This document shows, one piece after another, positions 17,277 to 26,422 of a stretch of 64,000 nucleotides of DNA. The notes under the pieces are model-generated. The model worked only from the letters and a program-made list of their open reading frames with translations. It had not been told where the DNA came from and ran no database searches. The position numbers and the translations under genes were made by a program. The stretch's first letter is position 1; the number at the start of each line of letters is the position of its first letter. Source of the stretch: Culturomica sp. (GTDB lineage Bacteria > Bacteroidota > Bacteroidia > Bacteroidales > Marinifilaceae); contig JAISHE010000022.1 in assembly GCA_031262745.1 (NCBI GenBank), positions 27,120 through 91,119 of the forward strand, in the 5' to 3' direction.

Positions 17277-18002
17277 ATGAAAAAGACAATTATTTTGATG
17301 TTAGTACTATTTCTTGCGGGCGGCATGGGAGTTGTTGCTCAAAATTATCAAGATGTAGTTTATTTGAAAAATGGAAGTATCATACGTGGTCTTATCGTTG
17401 AACAAGTTCCCAATAAATCCATTAAACTGGAAACAGTCGATGGGAATATTTTTGTCTATACAATGGACGAAATTGAGAAGATGACCAAAGACGTTGCCAA
17501 GAAATTGAGCAGAGGAGTCTCTTTTTTGAGTAGTTCCGATATGAAATCCGGCGGCTATATTGGGCTTGTTGAGTTGGGTTATGGAATTGGTGTTGGAGAT
17601 TATTCAATGGATAGATTGAAATTGAATATAATCAATGGTTATCAGTTCAATCCCTATCTTGCAGTAGGCTTTGGAACAGGATTACGGTATTTTCTAGATG
17701 CTGAAAGTTGCCTAATACCTCTGTTTACTAATGTACGAGCTAATTTGCTTGATTATAAAATTTCACCCTATTTTTCGCTTGACATAGGTTACTCTATCGG
17801 TGTAGGTGATTTGGACGGAGGATTTCTTTTGAGTCCAACAATCGGTGCAAGTTTTAAAATCTCGGAGAATAACGCTCTGAATGTAGGTATAGGGTATGAA
17901 ATGCAAAATCTCGAATTTAGTTGGTATGATAGTTACTACAGTTATGGAAGCACATCCGAAAACTGTGGGGCTTTTACTATAAAAGTAGGTGTTTCATTCT
18001 AA
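17277..18002 (+). CDS. Outer-membrane beta-barrel-like protein with signal peptide
   Basis: MKKTIILMLVLFLAGGMGVVAQ signal at ATG 17277. Gly/Tyr-rich alternating strands and a C-terminal Phe. Confidence 0.6.
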   Translation: MKKTIILMLVLFLAGGMGVVAQNYQDVVYLKNGSIIRGLIVEQVPNKSIKLETVDGNIFVYTMDEIEKMTKDVAKKLSRGVSFLSSSDMKSGGYIGLVELGYGIGVGDYSMDRLKLNIINGYQFNPYLAVGFGTGLRYFLDAESCLIPLFTNVRANLLDYKISPYFSLDIGYSIGVGDLDGGFLLSPTIGASFKISENNALNVGIGYEMQNLEFSWYDSYYSYGSTSENCGAFTIKVGVSF

Positions 18003-18033
18003 AAACAAAATATTTCATTAAATGTTACAAGGC

Positions 18034-18070
18034 AAGTGCCCGAGAATGTTCTCCGGCACTTGCTTTTTCA
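18034..18070 (+). terminator. Rho-independent terminator
   Basis: GCAAGTGCCCGAGAA pairs with TTCTCCGGCACTTGC (one C/C mismatch), followed by TTTTT. Confidence 0.65.
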
Positions 18071-18160
18071 TTTCCAGCCTACTTTTTGCATATTAGGTCG
18101 AAAACGAAACAATTCAAAAGAAAAAGAGGCTGTCCCAAAACATTGTGTCGGTCTCTTTTT

Positions 18161-18753
18161 TCAATTCAGTCGATCTCTGTAAGAATAGTCTATTAAGCTG
18201 CGATTTGGAATGTATTTCGGGATTGCGTGTTGCGCGTTAAGGTATAATGGCATTTGGAGAGTGATTTTGTGGGATTTGGGAGTTGTTTGGATATCATACG
18301 AGCCAACTTGGAAAGATTTAGTACTATGGCAAGTATGGAGAAGTCCATTTCTATTTATCTTCTCCGAAGTGTCTGAAACGAAGATACTGACCATCATATC
18401 GTATATGGGAGAAAACAGGTTCCGGTTCCACGCAACGTTTCTTACGCCGTCGGATGCCCTCCTCATAGATCACTCCCGAGCCTTAGCTTTCAGACGATTC
18501 AGATTATGCTTCACTTCTATCCGCCTGTTGCCTTTAGTTTTTAAACACAAACATCTAAGTGGGCAACCAGAGCAGTTTTGAGCCTCATACGAGGATGATA
18601 GGAGGAGGTGCGCTCTATTACACAGATGTACAGTGCTTCTACTATCGCATTGACCAACCTGACGGGTGCATTCTCCGCGATGTTCTGATCCAAACGCGGC
18701 GGAAACAACCATCCCTGACCTTGTAGATTCTTCTTAAATACCGACTTCCTCAT
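18161..18753 (-). pseudogene. IS1182-like transposase remnant with internal deletion and frameshifts
   Basis: N-terminal LFPPRLDQNIAENAPVRLVNAIVEAL and SYHPRM lie in one frame. C-terminal CSGCPLRCLCLKTKGNRRIEVKHNLNRLKAKARE lies in another. The DDE core is missing. Confidence 0.65.
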
Positions 18754-18983
18754 ATCTATAACTTATTGATTTATATGTACCTAAACTACAAATTATTCTG
18801 AAACACACAAAGGGTTTTAACATAAAAAAACTGCCCAAAACTTTTTGGATAGCCCTAATTTTTTGACATAAAGGTTTTACCAGACAGCAGTAATTAAAAA
18901 TCTTAACATCAAAAGGTTGTAATTGTAATAAATTTCCTAAATTTGTGGCGATGGAACAAGTAGATATACTAAAAACTAAAACG

Positions 18984-19577
18984 ATGAGAAATATTTTAAT
19001 TTTAATTGTAATGGCAATGGTTACGTTTGGATGTAAATGCAAAGACAATGCTGGGGAACAGAAATCGTCCGGAGAACTTAAAAAAATAGATGTTTTTGAT
19101 TTTCAGGAAAAAATAGTTAAGCTTATAGCTAAGGACTGGATGTTGATAACTGCCGGAACACCTGATAAGTTTAATACAATGACTGCAAGTTGGGGATGTC
19201 TGGGGAATTTATGGAATAAGCCGGTTGCAATAGTCTTTGTACGTCCGCAACGCTATACTTTTGAATTTACGGAAGCAAATGACAGAATGACTTTGTCGTT
19301 TTTTCCTGACAACTATCGTCCGCAGCTTACTTTGCTTGGTACTAAGTCCGGACGTGATACGGATAAGGTTAAGGAATCAGGACTTACTCCCATACAGACG
19401 CCCTATGGCAATATGACGTTTAAGGAAGCAAGAATTGTGGTTGAAGGCAAAAAATTATACGCTGATTTTTTTGAACCTGAGTCATTTATTGACAAAAGTA
19501 TAGATACTTCTATTTATCCAACGAAGGATTATCATAAAATGTATATCATTGAAATAGAGAATATATACATTAAATAA
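18984..19577 (+). CDS. Flavin reductase-like (FMN-binding split-barrel) protein with lipoprotein-type signal peptide
   Basis: MRNILILIVMAMVTFGC lipobox, then DWMLITAG...FNTMTASWG...VRPQRYT typical of the flavin reductase family. Confidence 0.75.
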   Translation: MRNILILIVMAMVTFGCKCKDNAGEQKSSGELKKIDVFDFQEKIVKLIAKDWMLITAGTPDKFNTMTASWGCLGNLWNKPVAIVFVRPQRYTFEFTEANDRMTLSFFPDNYRPQLTLLGTKSGRDTDKVKESGLTPIQTPYGNMTFKEARIVVEGKKLYADFFEPESFIDKSIDTSIYPTKDYHKMYIIEIENIYIK

Positions 19578-19614
19578 TTTGTAATGTGATAGAGATTCAA
19601 TAGTATTTGTTTGG

Positions 19615-19649
19615 ATTGGAGTTTGTTTTTCAACAAGCTCCAATTTTTT
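19615..19649 (+). terminator. Rho-independent terminator
   Basis: ATTGGAGTTTG pairs with CAAGCTCCAAT (11 bp, one G.U), followed by TTTTT. Confidence 0.65.
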
Positions 19650-19753
19650 GTAAGTTGCTTAATATATTTTATGTAGTATAGGTTTGCATGAAAAGTTAGT
19701 GATAATTTATGTTTTTTAACATTTAAGTTTGTTGCTACTCAAAAATATTTATA

Positions 19754-19796
19754 TACATTTGCCCACTCGGAAACGATTGAAGATAAAAACGTTTCC
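19754..19796 (+). promoter_or_regulatory. Promoter -7 box plus inverted-repeat operator upstream of the TetR gene
   Basis: TACATTTG at 19754-19761. GGAAACG-N14-CGTTTCC at 19769-19796 sits at the predicted transcription start. Confidence 0.5.
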
Positions 19797-19824
19797 AAGT
19801 TTAATGGATTTCAAAATATAACTG

Positions 19825-20448
19825 TTGAATACCGAAAGAAATATAGATGAGAATTTGTTGTCCGATATTTCGGATATTTTCTTAACTTATGGTTTGAGAA
19901 GTACGTCAATGGATGATATTAGTACACATTTGAAGATGTCTAAAAAGACGTTATATCAAATGTTTAAAAATAAAGACGATCTTGTGGAACAGGTGATGTT
20001 GTTTCGTCTTAATCCTAAGAAGCAAAGTAGAGCATATAAGGTTCTTTCTGAGATGTCGCCCATCGGTTATTTCTTTGAGATCAAAAAACATATTATTGAG
20101 GATATGAAAACTAAAATGCCTTCAAATTATTTTGATTTAAAGAAATATCATCCGGAGGTACACAAAAGAATTTTGGAAAAGAATGATTGTTTTTTGAGGG
20201 AACTTTTGACGGAAATTGTCAAAAAAGGTATAAAAATCGGTACTTTTAGGAAAGATATTCGTATAGATCTAAATATTTATCTTATAGAACAGATTTTAAG
20301 AGAACTTAGGCAGCTTGATATGATGGAAAATTTACCTTATAGTTTGCCTGAAATTATTTCTACGATTATTGATAATTTTATACTTGCATCGGCTACGGAA
20401 GAAGGACGTATGGAATTTGAAACTTTGAAGAAGAAATACGTGATTTAA
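19825..20448 (+). CDS. TetR/AcrR-family transcriptional regulator (TTG start in ORF track)
   Basis: HTH region GLRSTSMDDISTHLKMSKKTLYQMFKNKDDL. Lies upstream of the efflux operon. Confidence 0.8.
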   Translation: MNTERNIDENLLSDISDIFLTYGLRSTSMDDISTHLKMSKKTLYQMFKNKDDLVEQVMLFRLNPKKQSRAYKVLSEMSPIGYFFEIKKHIIEDMKTKMPSNYFDLKKYHPEVHKRILEKNDCFLRELLTEIVKKGIKIGTFRKDIRIDLNIYLIEQILRELRQLDMMENLPYSLPEIISTIIDNFILASATEEGRMEFETLKKKYVI

Positions 20449-20483
20449 AGATACCAACAATTTATAAGTAACATAATAGACGC

Positions 20484-21764
20484 ATGAGAAGATTAATTGT
20501 ATTTGTAGTTTTATTAACTCCATTATTGCTTATGGGACAGCAACAAGGACAAAATTTGTCATTGAAAGATGCTGTTAATTATGCTCTTGAATATAATAAG
20601 CAGTTACAAGCATCGAGAAAGGATACCGAATTATATAAAAAGAAAGTACAGGAAGCTGTTTCCCAAGGTTTGCCGCAGATCAATGCCAATGTGGCTTACA
20701 CTACTAATTTCGGTTATAAAATGAATTTCGGTGATATGAATGTTAAGATGAAAGACCAAATGGCAGCTCAACTTACTGTTTCACAGTTGATTTTCAGTGG
20801 TCAGTGGATTGTGGGGATTCAATCGGCAAAATTGGCAGAACAAATTGCTAATCAAAATATTAAGATTTCAGAGCTTGGAGTAAAAGAAAATATACTGAAT
20901 ACTTATTACATGATTCTCGTTTATGAAAGGATACGTGATATTCTTAAAGAAAACGTTACCAATATGGAGGATTTGTATACTCATACAAAAAATATGTATG
21001 AAGCGGGAACGGTAGAAGAAACAGATGTAGATCAGATTCGTATTAATGTAAGTAAGTTGAAAAACAGTTTACTTTCAACAGAAAGAAATGTGGAAGTTGC
21101 ATATAGTCTTTTAAAATTACAGCTTGGAATGCAGTCTAATCAGAATTTGCAACTGACAGAATCGCTTGATGCTTTTTTAGATCCCGAATCTTACAATGTG
21201 CTTTCTATGCAAAAGTTTGATATAGAAAATAATCCGGAATATCAACTTATGCTTTCGCAGGAAGAAGTTAGTAAAAGGACTGTTAATCTCGGTAAATGGG
21301 CGTATGCACCTACGATTAGCGGTAACTACGGTTATACCTATAAAATAAAGAAACCATCGCTTGACATGAGTCCTAAACATTCGGCAGGTATAACGGTGAA
21401 CATACCTCTTTTTTCAGGTATGGAACGTAAATCAAAATTAGAACAATCGAAAATAGAACTAGAGCAGATGTCTCTGAATAAGAGTCAATTGGAAGATCAA
21501 TTACATTTGAACGACGAACAATATAAATTTGAATTGAAAAATGCCGTAGAAAACTTTCAATTACAAAAAGACAATGTGAGCGTAGCGCGCAAAGTTTTTG
21601 AAAGTTTCCAAAAGAAATACGAATATGGAGCTGTTTCAAGTTTAGATTTGACACAGTCAAATACCAATTACCTGCAAGCCGAGTCGGATTACACTCAAGC
21701 TTGTTTAACGCTTTTGCAAGCACGAGTACAATTGGAACGTTTATATAATATTTTACCTTATTAA
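20484..21764 (+). CDS. TolC-family outer-membrane efflux protein
   Basis: Signal peptide, two coiled-coil repeats and operon context. Confidence 0.85.
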   Translation: MRRLIVFVVLLTPLLLMGQQQGQNLSLKDAVNYALEYNKQLQASRKDTELYKKKVQEAVSQGLPQINANVAYTTNFGYKMNFGDMNVKMKDQMAAQLTVSQLIFSGQWIVGIQSAKLAEQIANQNIKISELGVKENILNTYYMILVYERIRDILKENVTNMEDLYTHTKNMYEAGTVEETDVDQIRINVSKLKNSLLSTERNVEVAYSLLKLQLGMQSNQNLQLTESLDAFLDPESYNVLSMQKFDIENNPEYQLMLSQEEVSKRTVNLGKWAYAPTISGNYGYTYKIKKPSLDMSPKHSAGITVNIPLFSGMERKSKLEQSKIELEQMSLNKSQLEDQLHLNDEQYKFELKNAVENFQLQKDNVSVARKVFESFQKKYEYGAVSSLDLTQSNTNYLQAESDYTQACLTLLQARVQLERLYNILPY

Positions 21765-21791
21765 ATTAGTAACACATTAACTTGACCTAAT

Positions 21792-22823
21792 ATGACAAGA
21801 AAACTTATTTTTTTATTCGTATCAATAGCCATTTTGAACGGCTGTTCGTCGAAAGAAGATGTAAAAATGGCTGCAACTGAGGCAGTAACCGTGAAAACAA
21901 TTAAATTGGAAAAGAAGATTGTTTCAACAACTTTAACCTATACTGCTACACTTGAAGCCGATGAGCAGGTTTATTATGCTCCGGCATCTCCCGGTCGTAT
22001 CGGGAAGATTTATGTTGAAGTAGGAGATCGTATTAAGAAAGGTCAATTACTTGTGCAAATGGATCCTACAAGTTTTAATCAGGCAAAGATTCAATTGAAG
22101 AATCTTGAAACGGAATATAATCGTGCTGTGAAATTGAATGAAACGGGAAGTATTTCAAAGCAGGCTTACGATGCAGCCGTAACGAGTTATGAGGTGGCAA
22201 AATCCAATGTTGAATTTTTAGAAGAAAATACCAAAATGCTGGCTCCGTTTGATGGTATCGTAACAGGTAAATATTTTGAAAACGGAGAACTTTACACGGG
22301 AGTTGCTGCCGGCGGTGCTGCCAAACCTTCAGTTATTTTAATTGAAAAAATCAAACCGGTGAAAGCTTATGTAAATTTGGCTGAACATTATTATCTTGCA
22401 CTCAAAGAAGGTATGAAAATACAATTGAAAAGTGAAATATATCCGGATAAAATATTTGATGGCAAGGTGAGTATTGTTTATCCTACGATTGACAAATCAT
22501 CGAGGACGTTTAAAGTGGAGATAATAATTCCTAATGAGGAGGAACTTTTACGTCCGGGTATGTACGGTACAATTAATTTCTTTGTAGGTGAAATTGATGC
22601 TTTGATTGCACCATCTCTTGCAATTTTAAAGTTACAGGGTGCAAATAATCGTTATGCTTTTATAAATAATAACGGTGTGGCTAAACGTGTTGATGTAACT
22701 ATAGGACGTCGTTTTGATGATCGTTTGGAAATTTTCGGAGCCGGTATTAAAGCAGGTGATGAACTTGTTGTTGTCGGTCAGGGTAAATTAATTGACGGAA
22801 CTAAACTTAAGGTGGTGGAATAA
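21792..22823 (+). CDS. RND efflux periplasmic adaptor (membrane fusion protein)
   Basis: Lipoprotein signal (LNGCSS). Biotinyl-lipoyl-like and beta-barrel segments. Confidence 0.85.
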   Translation: MTRKLIFLFVSIAILNGCSSKEDVKMAATEAVTVKTIKLEKKIVSTTLTYTATLEADEQVYYAPASPGRIGKIYVEVGDRIKKGQLLVQMDPTSFNQAKIQLKNLETEYNRAVKLNETGSISKQAYDAAVTSYEVAKSNVEFLEENTKMLAPFDGIVTGKYFENGELYTGVAAGGAAKPSVILIEKIKPVKAYVNLAEHYYLALKEGMKIQLKSEIYPDKIFDGKVSIVYPTIDKSSRTFKVEIIIPNEEELLRPGMYGTINFFVGEIDALIAPSLAILKLQGANNRYAFINNNGVAKRVDVTIGRRFDDRLEIFGAGIKAGDELVVVGQGKLIDGTKLKVVE

Positions 22824-22856
22824 TTTTACAAATCCTCAAAAAGTAAATAAAGAAAA

Positions 22857-25800
22857 ATGAGTATATATAAAGTAGCAGTAGAAAAACCTATATCAACACT
22901 TATGGTGTTTTTGGCGGTTATTGTTCTGGGCGTGTTTTCTTATGTCCAACTGCCTGTTGACCAGTTGCCTAAGATGGATCCGCCTTATATTACGGTGATG
23001 TCTACTTATGCGGGTGCAAATGCGTCTGATATTGAAGAAAATGTTACTAAGATACTGGAAAACAGCCTTAATGCCGTAAATGATTTGAAGGAGATGACTT
23101 CCGTTTCATATGATAATCTTTCGGTGATTACTTTGGAATTTGAATGGGAAGTAAATCTTGACGAGGCTTCTAATGATGTACGTGATGCGGTTGATAAAGC
23201 TATGAATGCTTTGCCGGATGGTATTGATCGTCCGACTATTATGCGTTTCAATACTTCTATGATACCTGTACTGGGTTACGCTATCACGGCAACATCTTCT
23301 TTCCCTGGTATGGATAAGATTTTGGAGGACAAACTTGTTACTAATCTTAACCGTGTGGATGGTGTTGCATCGGTTACTATTGTCGGTGCTCCGGAAAGAG
23401 TTGTTTACGTTGATCTTGATCCGCATAAACTTGAAGCTTATAATCTTTCTATAGAGCAAATAGGTAATAAAATACTTGCTGAAAATCAAGATATTTCTTC
23501 CGGTAGTGTAAAGATGGGAGATGTTGATTACACGCTTAGGGTTGAAGGAGAATTTTCAGAAAGCAGTCAGATTAAAGAGATTGCTATTACGACGGCAGAG
23601 GATAAGGTTATATACCTTAAAGACATTGCTTCTGTGAGAGATACAATCAAGGACATTACGCTTGAACAATTGATCAATAGAGGTAGAGGAGGTGTACTTT
23701 TGGTATCGAAACAAACCGATGCCAATGCTGTGAAAGTAGCTCAGGAATCTAAGAAAGTCATAGAGGAAACACAAGTTGAATTGCCTTCCGATATGAAATT
23801 TCAGTTGATATTCGACAATTCCGATTTTATAATCAAATCAATCAACAATTTGCAGGAAACTTTGATGTATGCTCTGATATTTGTTGTAATGGTGGTGTTT
23901 CTATTTTTGGGACGTTGGCGTGCAACTTTTATAATTGCGTTGACTATACCGATATCGTTGATTGTAGCGTTTATCTACCTTTTCATAACGGATGAATCTC
24001 TGAATATAATTTCGCTTTCATCACTTTCTATAGCGATTGGTATGGTGGTGGATGATGCAATTGTAGTTCTTGAAAATATCACTAAACATATAGAAAGAGG
24101 TAGTAGACCGCGAGAAGCTGCCAAATACGGTACAAACGAAGTTTGGCTGGCTGTAATTGTAACTACTCTTGTAACGGTAGCCGTTTTCTTCCCATTGACA
24201 CTGGTAACCGGTATGACGGGTATACTTTTTAAACAATTAGGTTGGATTGTGTGTATCACTGTTGTAACCTCTACGATAGCTGCAATTTCTCTTACACCGA
24301 TGCTTGCTTCTCAATTAATGAAGGTGCAGGAAAAGAAAGCCGACAATAGACGCAGTTTTTATCAAAGTGTAAACAATGTATGGGGTAAAGTGGACGTGTG
24401 GTATGAAAGACTAATTCGTTGGTGTTTGAATCATAAAACATTTATGATAAGTGCAATGTCTTTGATTTTTATCGGTTCATGTTGTCTTTTGGGATTTATA
24501 AAGACAGATTTTATGCCTCAAAATGATGAAGACTATATGAGTGTTTATGCAAAAATGCAAGCCGGTCAAAGAGTTGAAGTTACAAAAGCAGTAGCTTTGA
24601 GGATAGATTCGACTATACGAGCCGAAGTTCCTGAATTGGTTCTTTTAAATTTGTCTTACGGTTCGGAAGAAGAGGCGTCAATGGCGTCAATGATGAACAC
24701 GACAGGTAATAACATACTAAATATGCGAGTTCGTTTGCAGGAACGCAAGTTACGTAAAAGAACGTCATTTGCGGTTGCAGATCAAATACGTGATATCATG
24801 AAACGTTTCCCTGATGTACTTGAATACACGGTTACAATTGGTAATGGAGGTTCAATGGGTGGTAACTCAGTTGATATTGAAATCATGGGACACGATTTTG
24901 ACGCTACTACTAAACTTGCTCAGGAAGTAGTTAATAAAGTGAAGTCTATTCCCGGAGCAGAGGATATTAAAATAAGCCGTGATGAAGATAAACTTGAATT
25001 GCAATTGCAGCTTGACCGTACAAAACTTGCCGAGCACGGACTTTCGACATCAGATGTCGGTAATGCTATGAGAAATCGAATATACGGTTATCGTAACAGT
25101 AAATATAAGGAAGACGGTGAAGAATATGATATTATCGTGCGTCTTGAGGAGAAATATCGTTCGTCTATTGCAGACATAGAAAACATGTTTATCATAGATG
25201 CTTTCGGTGATCGTTTGCGTCTTAAAGAACTCGGTAAGGTGATTGAATATTATTCTCCGCCAAATATTGAGCGTAAGAGTAAACAAAGAATGTTGAAAGT
25301 GTCGATTACGCCTAAGGAAGGTGTGGCATTGGGTGATATTGCCGATGCATCAAGGGAAATAATATCCGAATTGGATGATATTCCGAGCGACGTGGTGATA
25401 TATCTCGGTGGTGCAATTGAAGATCAAGAGGAATCATTTCAATCACTTTATATACTGTTACTACTCTCATTAATGCTTGTATATATTGTAATGGCAGCAC
25501 AGTTTGAATCGTTTAAAATGCCGTTTATTATAATGTTGTCAATTCCATTTGCATTTTCGGGTGTAATTTTAGCGTTGCTTATTACTAACATAACGTTGAG
25601 TGTTGTGGCGGCACTTGGAGCTGTGATGTTGATAGGTATTGTTACTAAAAACGGTATAGTGCTTATAGACTTTATAAATCTTATGCGTGAAAGAGGTTAT
25701 CGTCTTTATGAGGCTATTGCGGTGGCTGCTCGTTCACGCTTGCGTCCCGTTTTGATGACTTCACTTACTACCATACTTGGTATGATACCTATGGCATTGA

Positions 25801-26015
25801 GTGTAGGGGAAGGGTCTGAAACATGGAGACCTATGGGTGTAGCTGTTATTGGCGGTATGATTTTCTCAACTACTATAACTCTTCTTATTGTACCTGTGGT
25901 TTATGCGGCAATGGATAAAAGTGGTAGTCGTGATAAAAAGAAAAAATTTACTAAGGAATATAAATTCATGAAAGAATTTAACCCTGCGACCGATTTACCA
26001 GTAAAACAAGCTTAA
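22857..26015 (+). CDS. RND efflux permease (AcrB family)
   Basis: 1052 aa with 12-TM AcrB architecture and conserved IGMVVDDAIVVLENI. Confidence 0.9.
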   Translation: MSIYKVAVEKPISTLMVFLAVIVLGVFSYVQLPVDQLPKMDPPYITVMSTYAGANASDIEENVTKILENSLNAVNDLKEMTSVSYDNLSVITLEFEWEVNLDEASNDVRDAVDKAMNALPDGIDRPTIMRFNTSMIPVLGYAITATSSFPGMDKILEDKLVTNLNRVDGVASVTIVGAPERVVYVDLDPHKLEAYNLSIEQIGNKILAENQDISSGSVKMGDVDYTLRVEGEFSESSQIKEIAITTAEDKVIYLKDIASVRDTIKDITLEQLINRGRGGVLLVSKQTDANAVKVAQESKKVIEETQVELPSDMKFQLIFDNSDFIIKSINNLQETLMYALIFVVMVVFLFLGRWRATFIIALTIPISLIVAFIYLFITDESLNIISLSSLSIAIGMVVDDAIVVLENITKHIERGSRPREAAKYGTNEVWLAVIVTTLVTVAVFFPLTLVTGMTGILFKQLGWIVCITVVTSTIAAISLTPMLASQLMKVQEKKADNRRSFYQSVNNVWGKVDVWYERLIRWCLNHKTFMISAMSLIFIGSCCLLGFIKTDFMPQNDEDYMSVYAKMQAGQRVEVTKAVALRIDSTIRAEVPELVLLNLSYGSEEEASMASMMNTTGNNILNMRVRLQERKLRKRTSFAVADQIRDIMKRFPDVLEYTVTIGNGGSMGGNSVDIEIMGHDFDATTKLAQEVVNKVKSIPGAEDIKISRDEDKLELQLQLDRTKLAEHGLSTSDVGNAMRNRIYGYRNSKYKEDGEEYDIIVRLEEKYRSSIADIENMFIIDAFGDRLRLKELGKVIEYYSPPNIERKSKQRMLKVSITPKEGVALGDIADASREIISELDDIPSDVVIYLGGAIEDQEESFQSLYILLLLSLMLVYIVMAAQFESFKMPFIIMLSIPFAFSGVILALLITNITLSVVAALGAVMLIGIVTKNGIVLIDFINLMRERGYRLYEAIAVAARSRLRPVLMTSLTTILGMIPMALSVGEGSETWRPMGVAVIGGMIFSTTITLLIVPVVYAAMDKSGSRDKKKKFTKEYKFMKEFNPATDLPVKQA

Positions 26016-26024
26016 TAGACAATA

Positions 26025-26318
26025 ATGAAATCAGTATTTATAGTATATAATCAAGCATTGACAGACAGAGTAAACTACTTGTTGGATCAATTGAAAATCA
26101 GAGGTTTCACACAATGGGGAAATGTGAATGGTTCCGGAACATGTGATGGAGAACCGCGTATGGGTAGTCATACGTGGCCGGAAATGAATTCAGCTATAAT
26201 GACTGTTGTTGAGGATGAAATGGTACCATTGATTTTAAAATATGTTGAAAAGTTAGATAACGTTAATAAAGAAAACGGTATCAGAGCTTTTGTGTGGGAT
26301 ATCACAGCGGTTTATTGA
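26025..26318 (+). CDS. PG0541-family transporter-associated small protein (P-II-like fold)
   Basis: 97 aa with RGFTQW...GEPRMGSHTWPEMNSAIMTVVED. Lies 9 nt after the RND permease. Confidence 0.7.
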   Translation: MKSVFIVYNQALTDRVNYLLDQLKIRGFTQWGNVNGSGTCDGEPRMGSHTWPEMNSAIMTVVEDEMVPLILKYVEKLDNVNKENGIRAFVWDITAVY

Positions 26319-26336
26319 TTTTTTAACGAAAATTTA

Positions 26337-26380
26337 CACAAAAGCAAATTGAAAGACTTGCTTTTGTGTAATATTTTTTT
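26337..26380 (+). terminator. Rho-independent terminator
   Basis: CACAAAAGCAA pairs with TTGCTTTTGTG (11 bp), followed by a T-rich tail. Confidence 0.6.
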
Positions 26381-26422
26381 GTAGGTTTGCAGCTTCAAAT
26401 TTGAATAAAAACTCAAAACGAT

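Noticed and set aside
18210-18581. 123-aa plus-strand ORF across the IS1182 relic.
   Set aside because: It is antisense to recognisable transposase fragments, and its Trp/Cys-rich translation has no motifs.
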